Assembly: GCF_964213995.1 (NCBI RefSeq)
Contig: NC_135824.1
Location: 52,514,001-52,578,000 of the forward strand
Direction of reading: 5' to 3'
DNA: 64,000 nucleotides
Source: Mustelus asterias
Lineage: Eukaryota
Part shown: positions 13,501 to 24,990 of the stretch, piece after piece
How positions within the stretch are numbered: the stretch's first letter is position 1
Layout of the letters: each line of letters begins with the position of its first letter
Notes under the pieces: model-generated
Databases searched by the model: none
What the model was told of the DNA's origin: nothing
The model's input: the letters and a program-made list of their open reading frames with translations, nothing else
Position numbers and translations under genes: made by a program

Positions 13501-16500
13501 TGTCCTAACTACCTAAATTACTTTAAACAATGAATTTCCTTGCTCACTCCTCACTGATTTTAAACAGTGAATTTCTTCCTCACTGATTTTAACCAGTGAA
13601 GCTCCCTCCTTGCTGATTTTAACCAGTGAATCTCACGCCTCACTGATTTTAACCAATGAATCTTCCTCCTCGCTGATTTTAACCAGTGAATCTCACTCCT
13701 CACTGATTTTAAACCGTGAATCTCCCACCTCGCTGATTTTAACCAGTGAATCTCCTTCCTTGCTGATTTTAACCAGTGAATCTCAATCCTCACTGATTTT
13801 AACCAGTGAATCTCACTTCTCACTGATTTTAACCAGTGAATCTCACTCCTCACTGATTTTAAACTGAATCTCCCTCCTTGCTGATTTTAACCAGTGAATC
13901 TCATTCCTCACTGTTTTTAACCAATGAATCTTCCCCCTTGCTGATTTTAACCAGTGAATCTCACTCCTCACTGATTTTAAACAGTGAATCTCACTCCTCA
14001 CTGATTTTAAACAGTGAATCTCCCACCTCACTGATTTTAACCAGTAAATCTCCCTCGCCCTGACTTTAAACAGTGAATCTCAATCCTTGCTGATTTGTGA
14101 AACTCCTACCTCGCTGATTTTAAACAGTGAACTCACTCCTCGCTGATTTTAAATAGTGAATCTCCCACCTCGCTAATTTTACATTGTGAATCTCCTTCCT
14201 CACTGATTTTAAACAGTGAATCTCCCACCTCGCTGATTTTACATTGTGAACCTCCTTCCTCACTGATTTTAAACAGTGAATCTCCCTCCTCACTGATTTT
14301 AAACAGTGGATCTCCCTCCTCGCTGATTTTAAACAGTGAATCTCCCTCCTCGTTGATTTTAACCAGTGAATCTCCCTCAACAATGGATTCATGGACATCA
14401 TCAGATTCTTAATTCCTGATTTTGTTTTCTACTGAATTCAAATTCCACCATCTGCCGTGGCGGGATTCGAACCCTGATCCCCAGAACATTAGCTGACTTT
14501 CTGGATTAATAGTCTAGTGATAACACCACTAGATAGGATGCCATGTTTGTTGTGGGCATGGAGCCATACTTATGGGCAGGATGCCATGTTTGTCATGGGC
14601 AAGATACCACGTTTGCTTCAGAAAGCATTTGGTCTTGTGATAGGGATATCCATGCTCATTGGATGTATTCTAAAGTTAAATCTAAACATCCCTTCCCTGC
14701 ACTCCCCTCCACCCTACCCCTCCGCCCCTCCGCTGAAGAATCATGTGGACTCAAAACGTTAATTCTGTTTCCCTCTCCGCGGATGCTGCCAGACCTGCTG
14801 AGACTTTCCAACATTGTCTGTTGGATAATCTCCCCCACCCCCCGCTCCCTCCCGGCACCTCGCTCCAAACCTCAGGTCCATCTCAATAAACAAAAGTGCC
14901 CAGTAAAGTTGGGGGGGGGGGGGGAAATCAAACTTCCCTATCATGCACTTTTCTCCCGGGACGTTTGCTGTGAATAATCAAGAAATTAATTTTTAACACT
15001 TGGGAACTCTAGGGCAATCCTACAGACTTGGTAACCCTATCTGAGGCTATGTTGCTTAGGCACTGACTGAGTTTTATTCTCTACAGAAGGACTTACATCC
15101 ATGAAATAATATTTCCTGTTTGTCACTCTCTCCTAGGTGCTGTTATTTGCACGATCAATGTTATGGTGAGGCCATTAGCATGGGCTGTTCCATTTGGACC
15201 ACACTCTATATTTCCCACTGCTATGATGAAGTTCCTATGTGCAGTAAGTGAGATACTATTACTCAGCTATTAATTTAAATACTCTCCAAGCATTCCAGGT
15301 TAATGAGACAAACAAGAACAGGAGCCAACTCTTAATTCACTCAACAATCTCCTTTTATTTAACAATTCATCAACTCAACTTTAAACAGTTGCAACGCTTT
15401 CAATTTTTTACTGAACTTTAACTCTTAACTGAACATTAACTCTAATTATTTAACTGAAAATAGATACTACCAGGTTTTAGTGAAAACTTCCCGATGTGGA
15501 ATCTATCCTTGTGGTCTCTGAAGAAGTTCCTTCAGGGCACACTTCTTACGATGGTGGATCTCAATAGAGTTGCCGCCAGAGACAAAAGACTGCACATGTC
15601 TTTTATCTACAAATTCTTTCACTTGCTTCCAGAAGATTCTCTGTCACCCAGCCAATTGTCTAACCGGAAACCGATCGCATGACTCAAACAGTCAATGAAA
15701 TTACTTGTAATCGATGCCATTACGCTTGGTTCAGATTGCATGTCTTCCACATACAACTTGTTACCTGAGTGCCACCAGGTCTACTCCAGAGTAAACACAG
15801 GAAGCTTCGGGTCACAGTTCTCAGACCAGATCACGACTCACAGCAACATTCCAACCAGCACCTGGTTTTGTTATAAGTTGAGCAAAAATCCCAGCATGCT
15901 TAACTCTCGACCAGAATAGCCATTTTAAAGCCAATATTGCCATTGGTGTTGTTAAAATCATGGTTCTTGTCATTCTTTCTCAGTCTACAATACCAAACCA
16001 GACATTGTTTGATCTTAGGGAGTTCCACTAACTCTCTGTCCCTTCACTTCTCTCCACAGGTGAGTGCCCATTGGCACTGACAAGTCTGTGCTGATTACAA
16101 GTTCTGAGATTCGCAGTGGCCCCAAGGTTTTCATAGAATCATGGTTCCTTTCATCCCATCTTGTTGGCGTAGGCACTTTGCAAGAGTAACTCACCCAGTC
16201 CCAAATCCCCCACATTGTCCTGCTAATTTTTTATCCTCCGATACTTATCCAAAGTCCTTTTGTGAGCCACAATTAAATCTGCCTCCATGATACTTCCAAG
16301 CAGTGCATTCCAAATTTCAACCACTCATTGTGTCAAAAATAAGCCTCCTTTCATTCTTGTATGATAGGAACGTAGGAATTAGGAGCAGAAGTAGGCAATT
16401 CAGCCCTTAGAGCCTGCTCCGCCATTCAATCAGATCACAGCTGATCCCTTCCTGATCTCAAATCCACCTCCCTACCCATTCCCCATATCCCTTTAACCCA

Positions 16501-19122
16501 TTTTCTAAAATCAGAAATATATCTAGACATAGACATAGACATAGAACAGTACAGCACAGAACAGGCCCTTCGGCCCACGATGTTGTGCCGAGCTTTATCT
16601 GAAACCAAGATCAAGCTATCCCACTCCCTATCACCCTGGTGTGCTCCATGTGCCTATCCAATAACTGCTTAAATGTTCCTAAAGTGTCTGACTCCACTAT
16701 CACTGCAGGCAGTCCATTCCACGCCCCAACCACTCTCTGCGTAAAGAACCTACCTCTGATATCCTTCCTATATCTCCCACCACGAACCCTATAGTTATGC
16801 CCCCTTGTAATAGCTCCATCCACCCAAGGAAATAGTCTTTGAATTTTCACTCTATCTATCCCCTTCATCATTTTATAAACCTCTATTAAGTCTCCCCTCA
16901 GCCTCCTCCGCTCTATCTCTTTCTATCTCTTTCCTGGAACCATTTAATGATTCGGACTTCACTGCGCTCTGGGGCAGTGAGATCAACAAATTCATTCCCC
17001 TTAAATCTGTCTCCTCTGGTTCTGGAACCTTCCACAAGTGGGAACAGTTTTCTTTCTATCCACTCTGACTCCATCCTTCATAAGTTTTAATAGCTCTGAT
17101 CAAATCTCCTCTCATCTTCTTCTTGTCTATTGCGAACAGACCCAGCTTCTCCAGGCCAGTTAGGCAACTGTGGTCTCTCATCCCTGGAACCATGACCATG
17201 AATCTTTCGTGTCACTCTCCCCAATGTCTTCACATCTTCCCCAAGACACGGTGCCTGGAATTGGATGCAGTATTCCAGTTGAGGTTCTTCACAATTTCCA
17301 TTCTTCTCGATTCCATGTCTCCAATTATGAAGCCCAGGATATGCCACTTAAACCCCTTTTTGAATCTACCCCCGGCAACTCCAGGGGGAGGCAGTTGTGT
17401 CGTGGTAATGTCACTGGACTAGTAATCTAGATTAATGCTCTGGCGGCACGGGTTCAAATCCCACCGTGGCAGCTGGTGCAATTTAAATTCAATTCATAAT
17501 CTTGAACATAGAAATAGTATCCATAACAGTGACCACGAAACCGTTGTCAGCTGTTGTATAAGCCCATCAGTCCATCTCCGAAGTGAGTGTCTCGCTCGGC
17601 CATTTCAGAGAGGCAGTTAAGAGTCAACCCCATTGTTGTGCGTCTGGAGTCGTAAGTAAACCAGACTTGGTAAGGACGGCAGATTTCCTTTCCAGTGCTA
17701 ACCACTGTGCCACAGTGGTTAGCACTGCTGCCTCACAGCGCCAAGGGTCCATGTTCAATTCCCGGCTTGGGTCACTGTCTGTGCGGAGTTTGCACGTTCT
17801 ACCTATGTCTGCATGGGTTTCCTCCGGGTGCTCCGGTTTCCTCCCACAGTCCGAAAGACATGCTGGTTGGGTACATTGGCCAGGCTAAATTCTCCCTCAG
17901 TGTACCCAAACAGGCGCTGGAGTGTGGCGACTAGGGCATTTTGACAGTAACTTCATTGCAGTGTTAATGTAAGCCAACTGTGACATTAGTAAATAAATGT
18001 AAAACGTAGTGCCCTTTTAGGGAAGGAAATCTGCTGTCCTTACCAAGCCTGGCCTACTTACGACTCCAGATGCACAACAATGCGGTTGACTCTTAACTGC
18101 CTCTCTGAAATGGTCGAACGAGACACTCACTTCAGAGATGGATAACAAATGCTGACCGAGACAATGAAGCCCGCATCCCATGAAAGAATAAAATAACCCC
18201 TGTAACCTTTATTGACTTAAATGGCTTGATGCATCGCATTGTCATTGTCTTCAACAACAAGTGAGGAAGATTCAGCAGAAATCTCTGTAATTAGGGAACC
18301 CCCAACACAATATTAAAGACCCCAAGCTGGGAACACACAAACCCAACTAACATTAGCCAGCCCACAGCATTATGGACCCCAGTAAGAATCATAGATTCCT
18401 ACATTGCGGATGGAGGCCATTCGGCCCATCAAGTCCGCACCGACTACAAACCCACCCAGGCCCTAACCCCATAGCCCCATGCATTTACCCAAGATAGTCC
18501 CCCTGACACTAAGGGGCAATTTAGCATGGCCAATCCACCTAACCCGCACATCTTTGGAGTGTGGGAGGAAACCGCAGAACCTAGAGGAAACCCATGCAGA
18601 CACGGGGAGAATGCGCAAACTCCACGCAAACAGAGCCGGGAATTGAACCCGGGCCCCTGGCGCTGTGAAGCAGCAGTGCTAATCACCGTGCCACCTTGCC
18701 GCCCAGAAACCCTTATTTAATTAGGGGTCGCAGAATATGAAGAGACTAATACAAAATTAGGGGTAGTCCACAACTCTGGTGTTCCACAATTCGGACGTCC
18801 TTCCCTGAAATATTTTGGACCCAGTCAAAGCATTATGGAGCCCCCAATATTAAAGATCCCTGCAGCATTGAGGATCTCCACGTGGTTGGAGAACACCCAC
18901 AGCATTAGAGTGTACAATATCAGCTGTACATGATATATTTTTATAGTCCCCTCTTTTACAGGTGGCTCCTGGCAATTGTGGTTCCCGTGCGTCAGCAAGA
19001 TGTGTGGATGCGATGTCGCTGCTGCTCTGTGCTTCAGGAAGCACAGCGACGAATTCAACCAGATATTTGTGGATTACGACCTGGACCTGTGTCAGACAGT
19101 CCCAGGCTCCAGCTCTCAGTGA
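4545..19122 (+). CDS. Secreted phospholipase A2 (group I-like), 4 exons: join(4545..4587,9187..9355,15137..15243,18962..19122), 159 aa
   Basis: All introns are GT-AG with consistent phases (1,2,1); 480 nt in total. Protein: [159 protein letters not shown]. It has a signal peptide, Ca-binding loop YGCxCGxGG, catalytic DxCCxxHD motif, CxCD (Asp99) and 14 mature Cys. Confidence 0.93.
4728..5720 (+). repeat. 69-70 bp minisatellite, about 14 copies (PLA2 intron 1)
   Basis: Unit GTAGAGGGAGCTTTACTCTGTATCTAACCCCGTGCTGTACCTGTCCTGGGAGTGTTTGATGGGGACAGT. Confidence 0.97.
6121..6465 (+). mobile_element. HE1-like SINE
   Basis: Full head-core-tail, ending in TTCTATGA repeats. Confidence 0.88.
6755..7457 (+). 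mobile_element. CR1 LINE 3' fragment (RT C-terminus and 3' UTR)
   Basis: ORF LYKTLVRPHLEYCVQFWSP...LERRRLRGDLIE; tail with TTCTATG repeats. Confidence 0.92.
7608..7927 (-). mobile_element. HE1-like SINE
   Basis: Reverse-complement SINE consensus. Confidence 0.85.
8221..8531 (+). mobile_element. Second tRNA-derived SINE family (other copies at about 14390-14535 -, 17385-17570 +, 34040-34375 -)
   Basis: GGCCTAGTGG...GGTTCGAATCCC A/B boxes and a shared core. It is interrupted by the Penelope insertion and resumes at about 9061. Confidence 0.7.
8532..9060 (+). mobile_element. Penelope-like retroelement 3' fragment with inverted terminal repeat
   Basis: Encodes LQGGLHDTRQRRVAEQKLIAKFRTHEDGLNRDLGFMSH (resembles a GIY-YIG C-terminus). 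Degenerate hammerhead at 8966-9004; 8570-8620 is inverted relative to 9010-9060. Confidence 0.75.
9187..9355 (+). CDS. PLA2 exon 2 (end of signal, propeptide, Ca-binding loop)
   Basis: Acceptor TTTCACAG; encodes [22 protein letters not shown]; donor AG|GTAAT. Confidence 0.95.
9744..9978. mobile_element. Penelope-derived foldback (arms of about 100 bp) with 12-bp TSD TCTGGAGAAAGT
   Basis: Near-perfect palindrome at 9744-9950; direct repeats at 9735-9746 and 9979-9990. Confidence 0.8.
9857..9893 (+). ncRNA. Minimal type-I hammerhead ribozyme motif (Penelope-associated); mirror copy at 9801-9837 on the - strand
   Basis: CCAT-CTGACGA-A-GGAGC-AGC-GCTCC-GAAA-GC-TA-ATGG: stem I, catalytic core, stem II and palindromic minimal stem III. 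Confidence 0.7.
10415..11095 (+). mobile_element. CR1 LINE 3' fragment
   Basis: RT C-terminal ORF (LYRTLIRPHLEYC...) and TTCTTTG tail repeats. Confidence 0.9.
11096..12778 (+). mobile_element. Older CR1 LINE fragment interrupted by a solo LTR
   Basis: KFADDTKL motif at about 11157; the RT sequence continues after 12085. Confidence 0.8.
11361..12080 (-). mobile_element. Solo LTR (ERV-like), 720 bp, 5-bp TSD GGGAT
   Basis: GGGAT at 11356-11360 and 12081-12085. The minus strand begins TGAAG and has a TATA box (about 11495) followed by AATAAA (about 11415). It splits a CR1 cleanly. Confidence 0.72.
13527..14378. repeat. 30-bp minisatellite, about 28 copies (PLA2 intron 2)
   Basis: Unit TGATTTTAAMCAGTGAATCTCMCTCCTCRC; source of the repetitive ORFs. 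Confidence 0.96.
15137..15243 (+). CDS. PLA2 exon 3 (catalytic His48/Asp49)
   Basis: Acceptor CTCTCTCCTAG; encodes CCYLHDQCY; donor A|GTAAGT. Confidence 0.95.
16525..16915 (-). mobile_element. CR1 LINE 3' fragment
   Basis: Minus-strand ORF ...RFFTQRVVGAWNGLP and CR1 tail. Confidence 0.85.
17694..18000 (+). mobile_element. HE1-related SINE with fold-back head, flanked by a 120-bp inverted duplication (17572-17690 / 18023-18141)
   Basis: SINE consensus; the flanking arms are reverse complements of each other. Confidence 0.75.
18385..18704 (-). mobile_element. HE1-like SINE
   Basis: Reverse-complement SINE consensus. Confidence 0.85.
18962..19122 (+). CDS. PLA2 exon 4 (CxCD..AAxCF, stop TGA)
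   Basis: Acceptor CTCTTTTACAG; encodes [16 protein letters not shown]; TGA at 19120-19122. Confidence 0.93.
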
Positions 19123-19301
19123 AGTGGCAGAGATGTGGCCGAGAGACATACGGCCAGGCGGCTCTCCAATGGAATATTCCTGGTCTATCGGAAGGGATAC
19201 CTGTCGCGTGGTTTCTCTGACTTCTTAATCATTGAGTGTCACTCATGTCTAGGATTTGTTGCTGTTTGTCCACTAGTTAATTGAAGATGAGGTTGCAGTG
19301 A

Positions 19302-19307
19302 AATAAA
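19302..19307 (+). terminator. Polyadenylation signal of PLA2
   Basis: AATAAA about 180 bp after the stop codon. Confidence 0.6.
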
Positions 19308-19679
19308 GCACAGTGAGGGAGCCTCTTTGCTGCTCTCACTGATGGGAGCATGCAATGCTGGCAGTGGGAATGTTTGTTAATTATTGAGACAGAAATCGTT
19401 CTTGGCCCTGGTTGTCAGGACCCCGGGGGGGGGGAGATGAACAACACTGTGGACATTTCAATGAGCGAAATAAGACTGTGCATCAGTCAGACACAAATCG
19501 GCAGCAATTTGCATCCGAGTCACCATTTAAAATATATGTTTTTACATAAACTGGGACAAGCAGAGCCAGTCTTGACTTGTCATTTGAACTTCTTCACCTG
19601 AAATAACATTCTTGAGCTGAGCTACCGGTCCAGGTTCTCAATCAGCTTCTGTCCTAAAGATGGTAACCATGTCTGAGAT

Positions 19680-21134
19680 CCACTTCCTGAAGGTGCTGAC
19701 TCTTACTGGGGTGCAGTTCCTGGAAATGTTGAATCTCACTGGGGTACACTTCCTGAAGGTGCTGACTCTCATTGGGATACAGTTCCTGAAGGTGCTGACT
19801 CTCACTGGGATACAGATCCTGAAGGTGCTGACTCTCACTGGGGAAATTGCTAGCATCCATTATTGAAGGTGCAACAACATGACACCTAGAAAATCAACAC
19901 CTTCAGGAACTGTACCCCGGTGAGATTCTGCACCTTCCCAGGAAGTGTGCCCGAATGGGACTCAGCAAATTCGCAGGAATTGTACTCCAGTGAGAGTCAG
20001 CACATTTAGGAACTGTACCTCAGTGAGAGTCAGCACCTTCAGTAATTATATCACAGTGAGAGTCAGCACCTTCAGGAACTGTATCCCAGTGAGAGTCAGC
20101 ACCTTCAGGAACTGTATCCCAGTGAGAGTCAGCACCTTCAGGAACTGCACCCCAGTGAGAGTCAGCACCTTCAGGAACTGCACCCCAGTGAAAGTCAGCA
20201 CCTTCAGGAACTGTATCCCAGTGAGAGTCAGCACCTTCAGGAACTGTATCCCAGTGAGAGTCAGCACCTTCAGGAACTGTATCCCAGTGAGAGTCAGCAC
20301 CTTCAGGAACGTTATCCCAGTGAGAGTCAGCACCTTCAGGAACTGTATCCCAGTGAGAGTCAGCACCTTCAGGAACTGTATCCCAGTGAGAGTCAGCACC
20401 TTCAGGAACTGTATCCCAGTGAGAGTCAGCACCTTCAGGAACTGTATCCCAGTGAGAGTCAGCACCTTCAGGAACAGTATCCCAGTGAGAGTCAGCACCT
20501 TCAGGAACTGTATCCCAGTGAGAGTCAGCACCTTCAGGAACTGTATCCCAGTGAGAGTCAGCACCTTCAGGAACTGTATCCCAGTGAGAGTCAGCACCTT
20601 CAGGAACTGTATCCCAGTGAGAGTCAGCACCTTCAGGAACAGTATCCCAGTGAGAGTCAGCACCTTCAGGAACTGTATCCCAGTGAGAGTCAGCACCTTC
20701 AGGAACTGTCCCCCAGTGAGAGTCAGCACCTTCAGGAACTGTCCCCCAGTGAGAGTCAGCACCCTCAGGAACTGTATCCCAGTGAGAGTCAGCACCTTCA
20801 GGAACTGTATCCCAGTGAGAGTCAGCACCTTCAGGAACTGTATCCCAGTGAGAGTCATCACCTTCAGGAACTGTATCCCAGTGAGAGTCAGCACCTTCAG
20901 GAACAGTATCCCAGTGAGAGTCAGCACCTTCAGGAACTGTATCCCAGTGAGAGTCAGCACCTTCAGGAACTGTCCCCCAGTGAGAGTCAGCACCTTCAGG
21001 AACTGTCCCCACAGTGAGAGTCAGCACCCTCAGGAACTGTCCCCCAGTGAGAGTCAGCACCTTCAGGAACTGTATCCCAGTGAGAGCCAGCACCTTCAGG
21101 AATTGTCCCCCAGTGAGAGTCAGCACCTTCAGGA
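19680..21134. repeat. 33-bp minisatellite: about 5 inverted copies (19680-19845), then about 37 forward copies (19895-21134)
   Basis: Unit CCAGTGAGAGTCAGCACCTTCAGGAACTGTATC; explains the 315-413 aa repetitive ORFs. Confidence 0.97.
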
Positions 21135-23960
21135 GACTTGTCTATCTTTAGCCCCATTAACTTGCCCAACACAACCTCTTTCGTGATAATGATAGTTTCT
21201 AGGTTCTCACCTGCCATAGCCTTCCTGTCATCAATTTTTGGCATGTTATTTGTGTCTTCCACTGTGAAGACCGACACAAAATACCTGTTCAATGCCTCAG
21301 CCATTTCCTCATTTCCAGTTATTACATCCCCCTTCTCAACCTCTAAAGGACCAATGTTTACCTTAGCCACTCTTTTTCGTTTTATATATTTGTGGAATCT
21401 TTTGCTATCTGTTTTTATATTCTGAGCTAGCTTACTCTCATAATCCATCTTATTTTTCTTTATAGCTTTTTTCGTGGATTTCTGCTGACCTTTAAAGATT
21501 TCCCAATCCTCTAGTTTCCCACTAATCTTTGCCACTTTTATGCATTTTCTTTCAATCTGATACCCTCCTTTATTTCCTTAGATATCCATGGCCGATTATC
21601 TCTTCCAGTCCTTCCTTATCACTGGTATATACTTTTGCTGAGCACTGAGAAAGATCCCTTTGAAAGTCCTCCACTGTTCCTCAATTGTCCCACCATAAAG
21701 TTTTTGCTCCCAGTCTACCTTAGCCAACCCTCCCTCATCCGTTTGTAGTCTCCTTTGTTTAAGCACAAGACACTGGGTATTGGATTTTACCTTCTCACGC
21801 TCCATCTGTATTTTAAATTCAACCATACTGTGATTGCTTCTTCCAAGAGGATCCCTAACTGCAAGATCATTAATTATTCCCTTCTCATTACACAGGACCA
21901 GATCTAGGATAGCTTGCTCCCTTGTCGTTTCCATTACATACTGTTCAAGAAAGCTATTGCGGATACATTCTATGAACTCCTCCTCAAGGCTGCCTTGACC
22001 CACCTGGTGTGACCAATAGACATTAAAATCCCCATGATAATTGCTGTACCATTGTTGTACCATGCATCAGTTATTTCTTTGTTTATTTCTTGCCCCACCA
22101 TGGTGTCATTATTTGGTGGCCTATAGACTACGCCTAACAGTGACTTTTTCTCCTTACTATTTCTAATTTCCACCCAAATGGATTCAACCTTTTTTTCCAT
22201 AGAACATATATCATCTCTCACTACCACCCTGATGTCATCTTAAATGATGTGGAGATGCTGGTGTTGGACTGGGGTCAGAGCTCACCATCTCCCTTAACTT
22301 CCTGTCGGTCCCTCCAAGCAGTTTGATACCCCTGGATATTCAACTCCCAGTCGTGACCATCCTGCAACCATGTCTCTGTAATGGCCACAAATCATACTCG
22401 TCCGCAATGATTTGTGCTGTCAACTCATTTACCTTGTTTCGAATGCTACGAGCATTCAGATAAAGCGCCCTTATTCTAGTTTTTGTACCTTCTTTTTGAA
22501 TTCTAACACGGCACGGTAGCACAGTGGTTAGCACTGCTGCTTCACAGCTCCAGGGTCCCGGGTTCGATTCCCGGCTCGGGTCACTGTCTGTGTGGAGTTT
22601 GCACATTCTCCTCGTGTCTGCGTGGGTTTCCTCCGGGTGCTCCGGTTTCCTCCCACAGTCCAAAGATGTGCGGGTTAGGTTGATTGGCCAGGTTAAAAAA
22701 ATTGCCCCTTAGAGTCCTGGGATGTGTAGTTTAGAGGGATTAGCGGGTAAATATGTGGGGGTAGGGCCAGGGTGGGATTGTGGTCGGTGCAGACTCGATG
22801 GGCCAAATGGCCTCCTTCTGCACTGTAGGGTTTCTATGATTTCTTAATCTCGAACATCTCCTGAGTTCTCCTTTTTAACTTTTTTCCTGATTTTTGATGC
22901 AGTTGGAACATTCTCCCCACATTTTGTGCTTGCTCTCTCCTCTCGGATTCCTTACATAGGTCCCCATCCCCCTGGCATATTAGTTTAAGCCTTCCCCAAC
23001 CGCTCTAGCAAACACTCCCCCTCGGACATCAGTCCCAGTCCTGCCCAGGTGTAACCCATCCAATTTGCACAGGTCCCACCTCCCCCAGAACTGGTCCCAA
23101 TGCTCCAGGAATCTGAAACCCTTCCCCTGACACCATCTCTTCAGCCAAGTATTTATCCAAAATATCCTCTCATTTCTATTCTGACAAGCACGTGGCACCA
23201 GTAGTAATCCTGAGATCACTAGCTTTGAGGTCCGATTTCTTAACTTTCTTCCTAGCTCCCTGTATTCTGTTTTTAGGACCTCATTCTTTTTTTACCTATG
23301 TCATTTGTACCAATGTGTACTCCGACCACTGGCTGTTCGCCCTCCCCCTTCAGAATGTCCTGCAGCCGCTCTGAGACATCCTTGATCTTAGCACCAGGGA
23401 GGCAACATACCATCCTGGAGTCTCGTTTACGACCACAGAAATGCCTGCCTATTCCCCGTACAATTGAATCCCCTATAACTATTGCACTGGCACACTTTTT
23501 ACCCCTCCCCTCTGCAGCAGAACCAACCGTGGTGCAACGAGTTTGTCTGCTGCTACTTGCCCGAGAGAGGTCATTCCCCTCAACAGTATCCAAAGCGGTA
23601 TATCTGTTCTGCAGGGGAATGGTTACAGGAGATTCCTGCACTACCTGCCTATCTCTCTTGCTCTGTCTGGTGGACACCCATTCCCTTCCTGCCTGCAGAG
23701 TCTGAGCCTATGGTGTGACCACCTCTCTATCCATGCTATCCATGATACTCTCTGACTCGCACATGCTCCATAGTGTCTCCAGCCGCCGCTCCAGCTCTGA
23801 AACTTGAGCTTCCAGGAGCTGTAGCTGGAGATACTTCCCGCACACGTGCTGGCCCAGGGGGACTGGAACTGTCCCCAGCCTGCCAGATGGAGCAAGAGGA
23901 GCAAACCACGGTTTGGAGCTCTCCTGTCATGTCTTACCCCTTTAAATTAAACTTTTGAAA
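21135..23960 (-). mobile_element. CR1 LINE 5' portion: ORF1 (Cys-rich region and SGNH esterase) and ORF2 endonuclease, frameshifted; SINE nested at 22508-22842
   Basis: Peptides CSSCSIW, VIGDSIVRG...HIGTND, YLNARSIRNK, GVVYRPPN, LNRYFVSVFT. Confidence 0.88.
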
Positions 23961-24419
23961 GATGTTTTGTTTCAGATATATCCAATTTTCTAGGGCTATT
24001 TATGGAGAACTACTTCACTTCTCTTTGTAATGATGAAATGGGATCTTTCGGTTGGCACAGTGGCTAGCACTGCTGCCTCACAGCGCCAGGGCCTCAGATT
24101 CAATTCCGGCCTTGGGTGACTGTGTGGAGTTTGCACGTTCTGCCCGTGTCTGCGTGGGTTTCCTCCGGGTGCTCCGGTTTCCTCCCACAGTCCAAAGAAC
24201 TGCAGGTTAGGTTGATTTGGTATTGGTAATTGCTTCAAGACTTGTATCAAAATCTTGCAAAGGGCTGCCTGAAGTTAAATGTTCAGGAGTGGAGGTAAGA
24301 CATTAAGTTACTTTCAACAGGGGACTCAGTACCTTAAGCTATTGGACCATAGTGAGGGTCAGCACTTTCAGGGAATAGTTACGACCAGCTTCAGGTGGGG
24401 TTCTCCAAAAGATGAGACG

Positions 24420-24990
24420 CCTTGGTTTGTCACCGCCGACTGGGATACCCCACAATTGTCACAAATGCCTCTACTTTCTCTGGAGGCTAAGGAAATTTGC
24501 CATGTCCACTACGACTCTTACCAATTTTTACAGATGCACCATAGAAAGAATCCTTTCTGGATGCATCACGCTTGTTATGGCTCCTGCTCTGACCAAGACC
24601 GCAAGAAACTACAAAGGATTGTGAATGTATCCCAGTCCATCACGCAAACCAGCCTCCCTTCCATTGACTCTGTCCACATTTCCTGCTGCCTCGGGAAAGC
24701 AACCTGCATAATCAAGGACCCCACGCACCCCGGACATTCTCTCTTCCACCTTCTTCCGTCAGGAAAAAGATACAAAAGTCTGAGATCACCTACCGACCGA
24801 CTCAAGAACAGCTTCTTCGTTGCTGTCATCAGACTTTTGGATGGATCTACCTTATATTAAGCTAATGTTTCTACACCCTGGCTATGACTGTTCACGATAT
24901 TCTGCACCCCTTCCTTTCCTTCTCCCCTATATACTCTATGAATGGTATGTTTTTTTCTGCACAGCGCGTAAGAAACAATACTTTTCACTG
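24420..24990 (+). mobile_element. Rex1/Babar-like LINE 3' fragment (tail resumes 25761-25800)
   Basis: LRKFAMSTTTLTNFYRCTIE...DPTHPGHSLFHLLPSGKRY. Confidence 0.75.

Noticed and set aside
13527-14401. Repetitive ORFs (EIHWLKSVR / LILTSES)
   Set aside because: Artefact of the 30-bp minisatellite within a PLA2 intron.
15255-15975. Possible additional minus-strand solo LTR in PLA2 intron 3
   Set aside because: It has TATA/AATAAA-like signals and a TCA end, but I could not identify the other terminus or a TSD.
18930-19228. ORF-track proteins overlapping PLA2 exon 4
   Set aside because: Wrong frames; the spliced PLA2 frame explains the region.
20051-21020. CACAGTG/CCCAGTG in the 33-bp repeat as an RSS array or D segments
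   Set aside because: Most units have CCCAGTG, which breaks the essential CAC, and no nonamer lies at 12- or 23-bp spacing.
19945-21186. 413-, 368- and 315-aa repetitive ORFs
   Set aside because: They are translations of a 33-bp minisatellite (a multiple of 3, stop-free in several frames), with no gene context.
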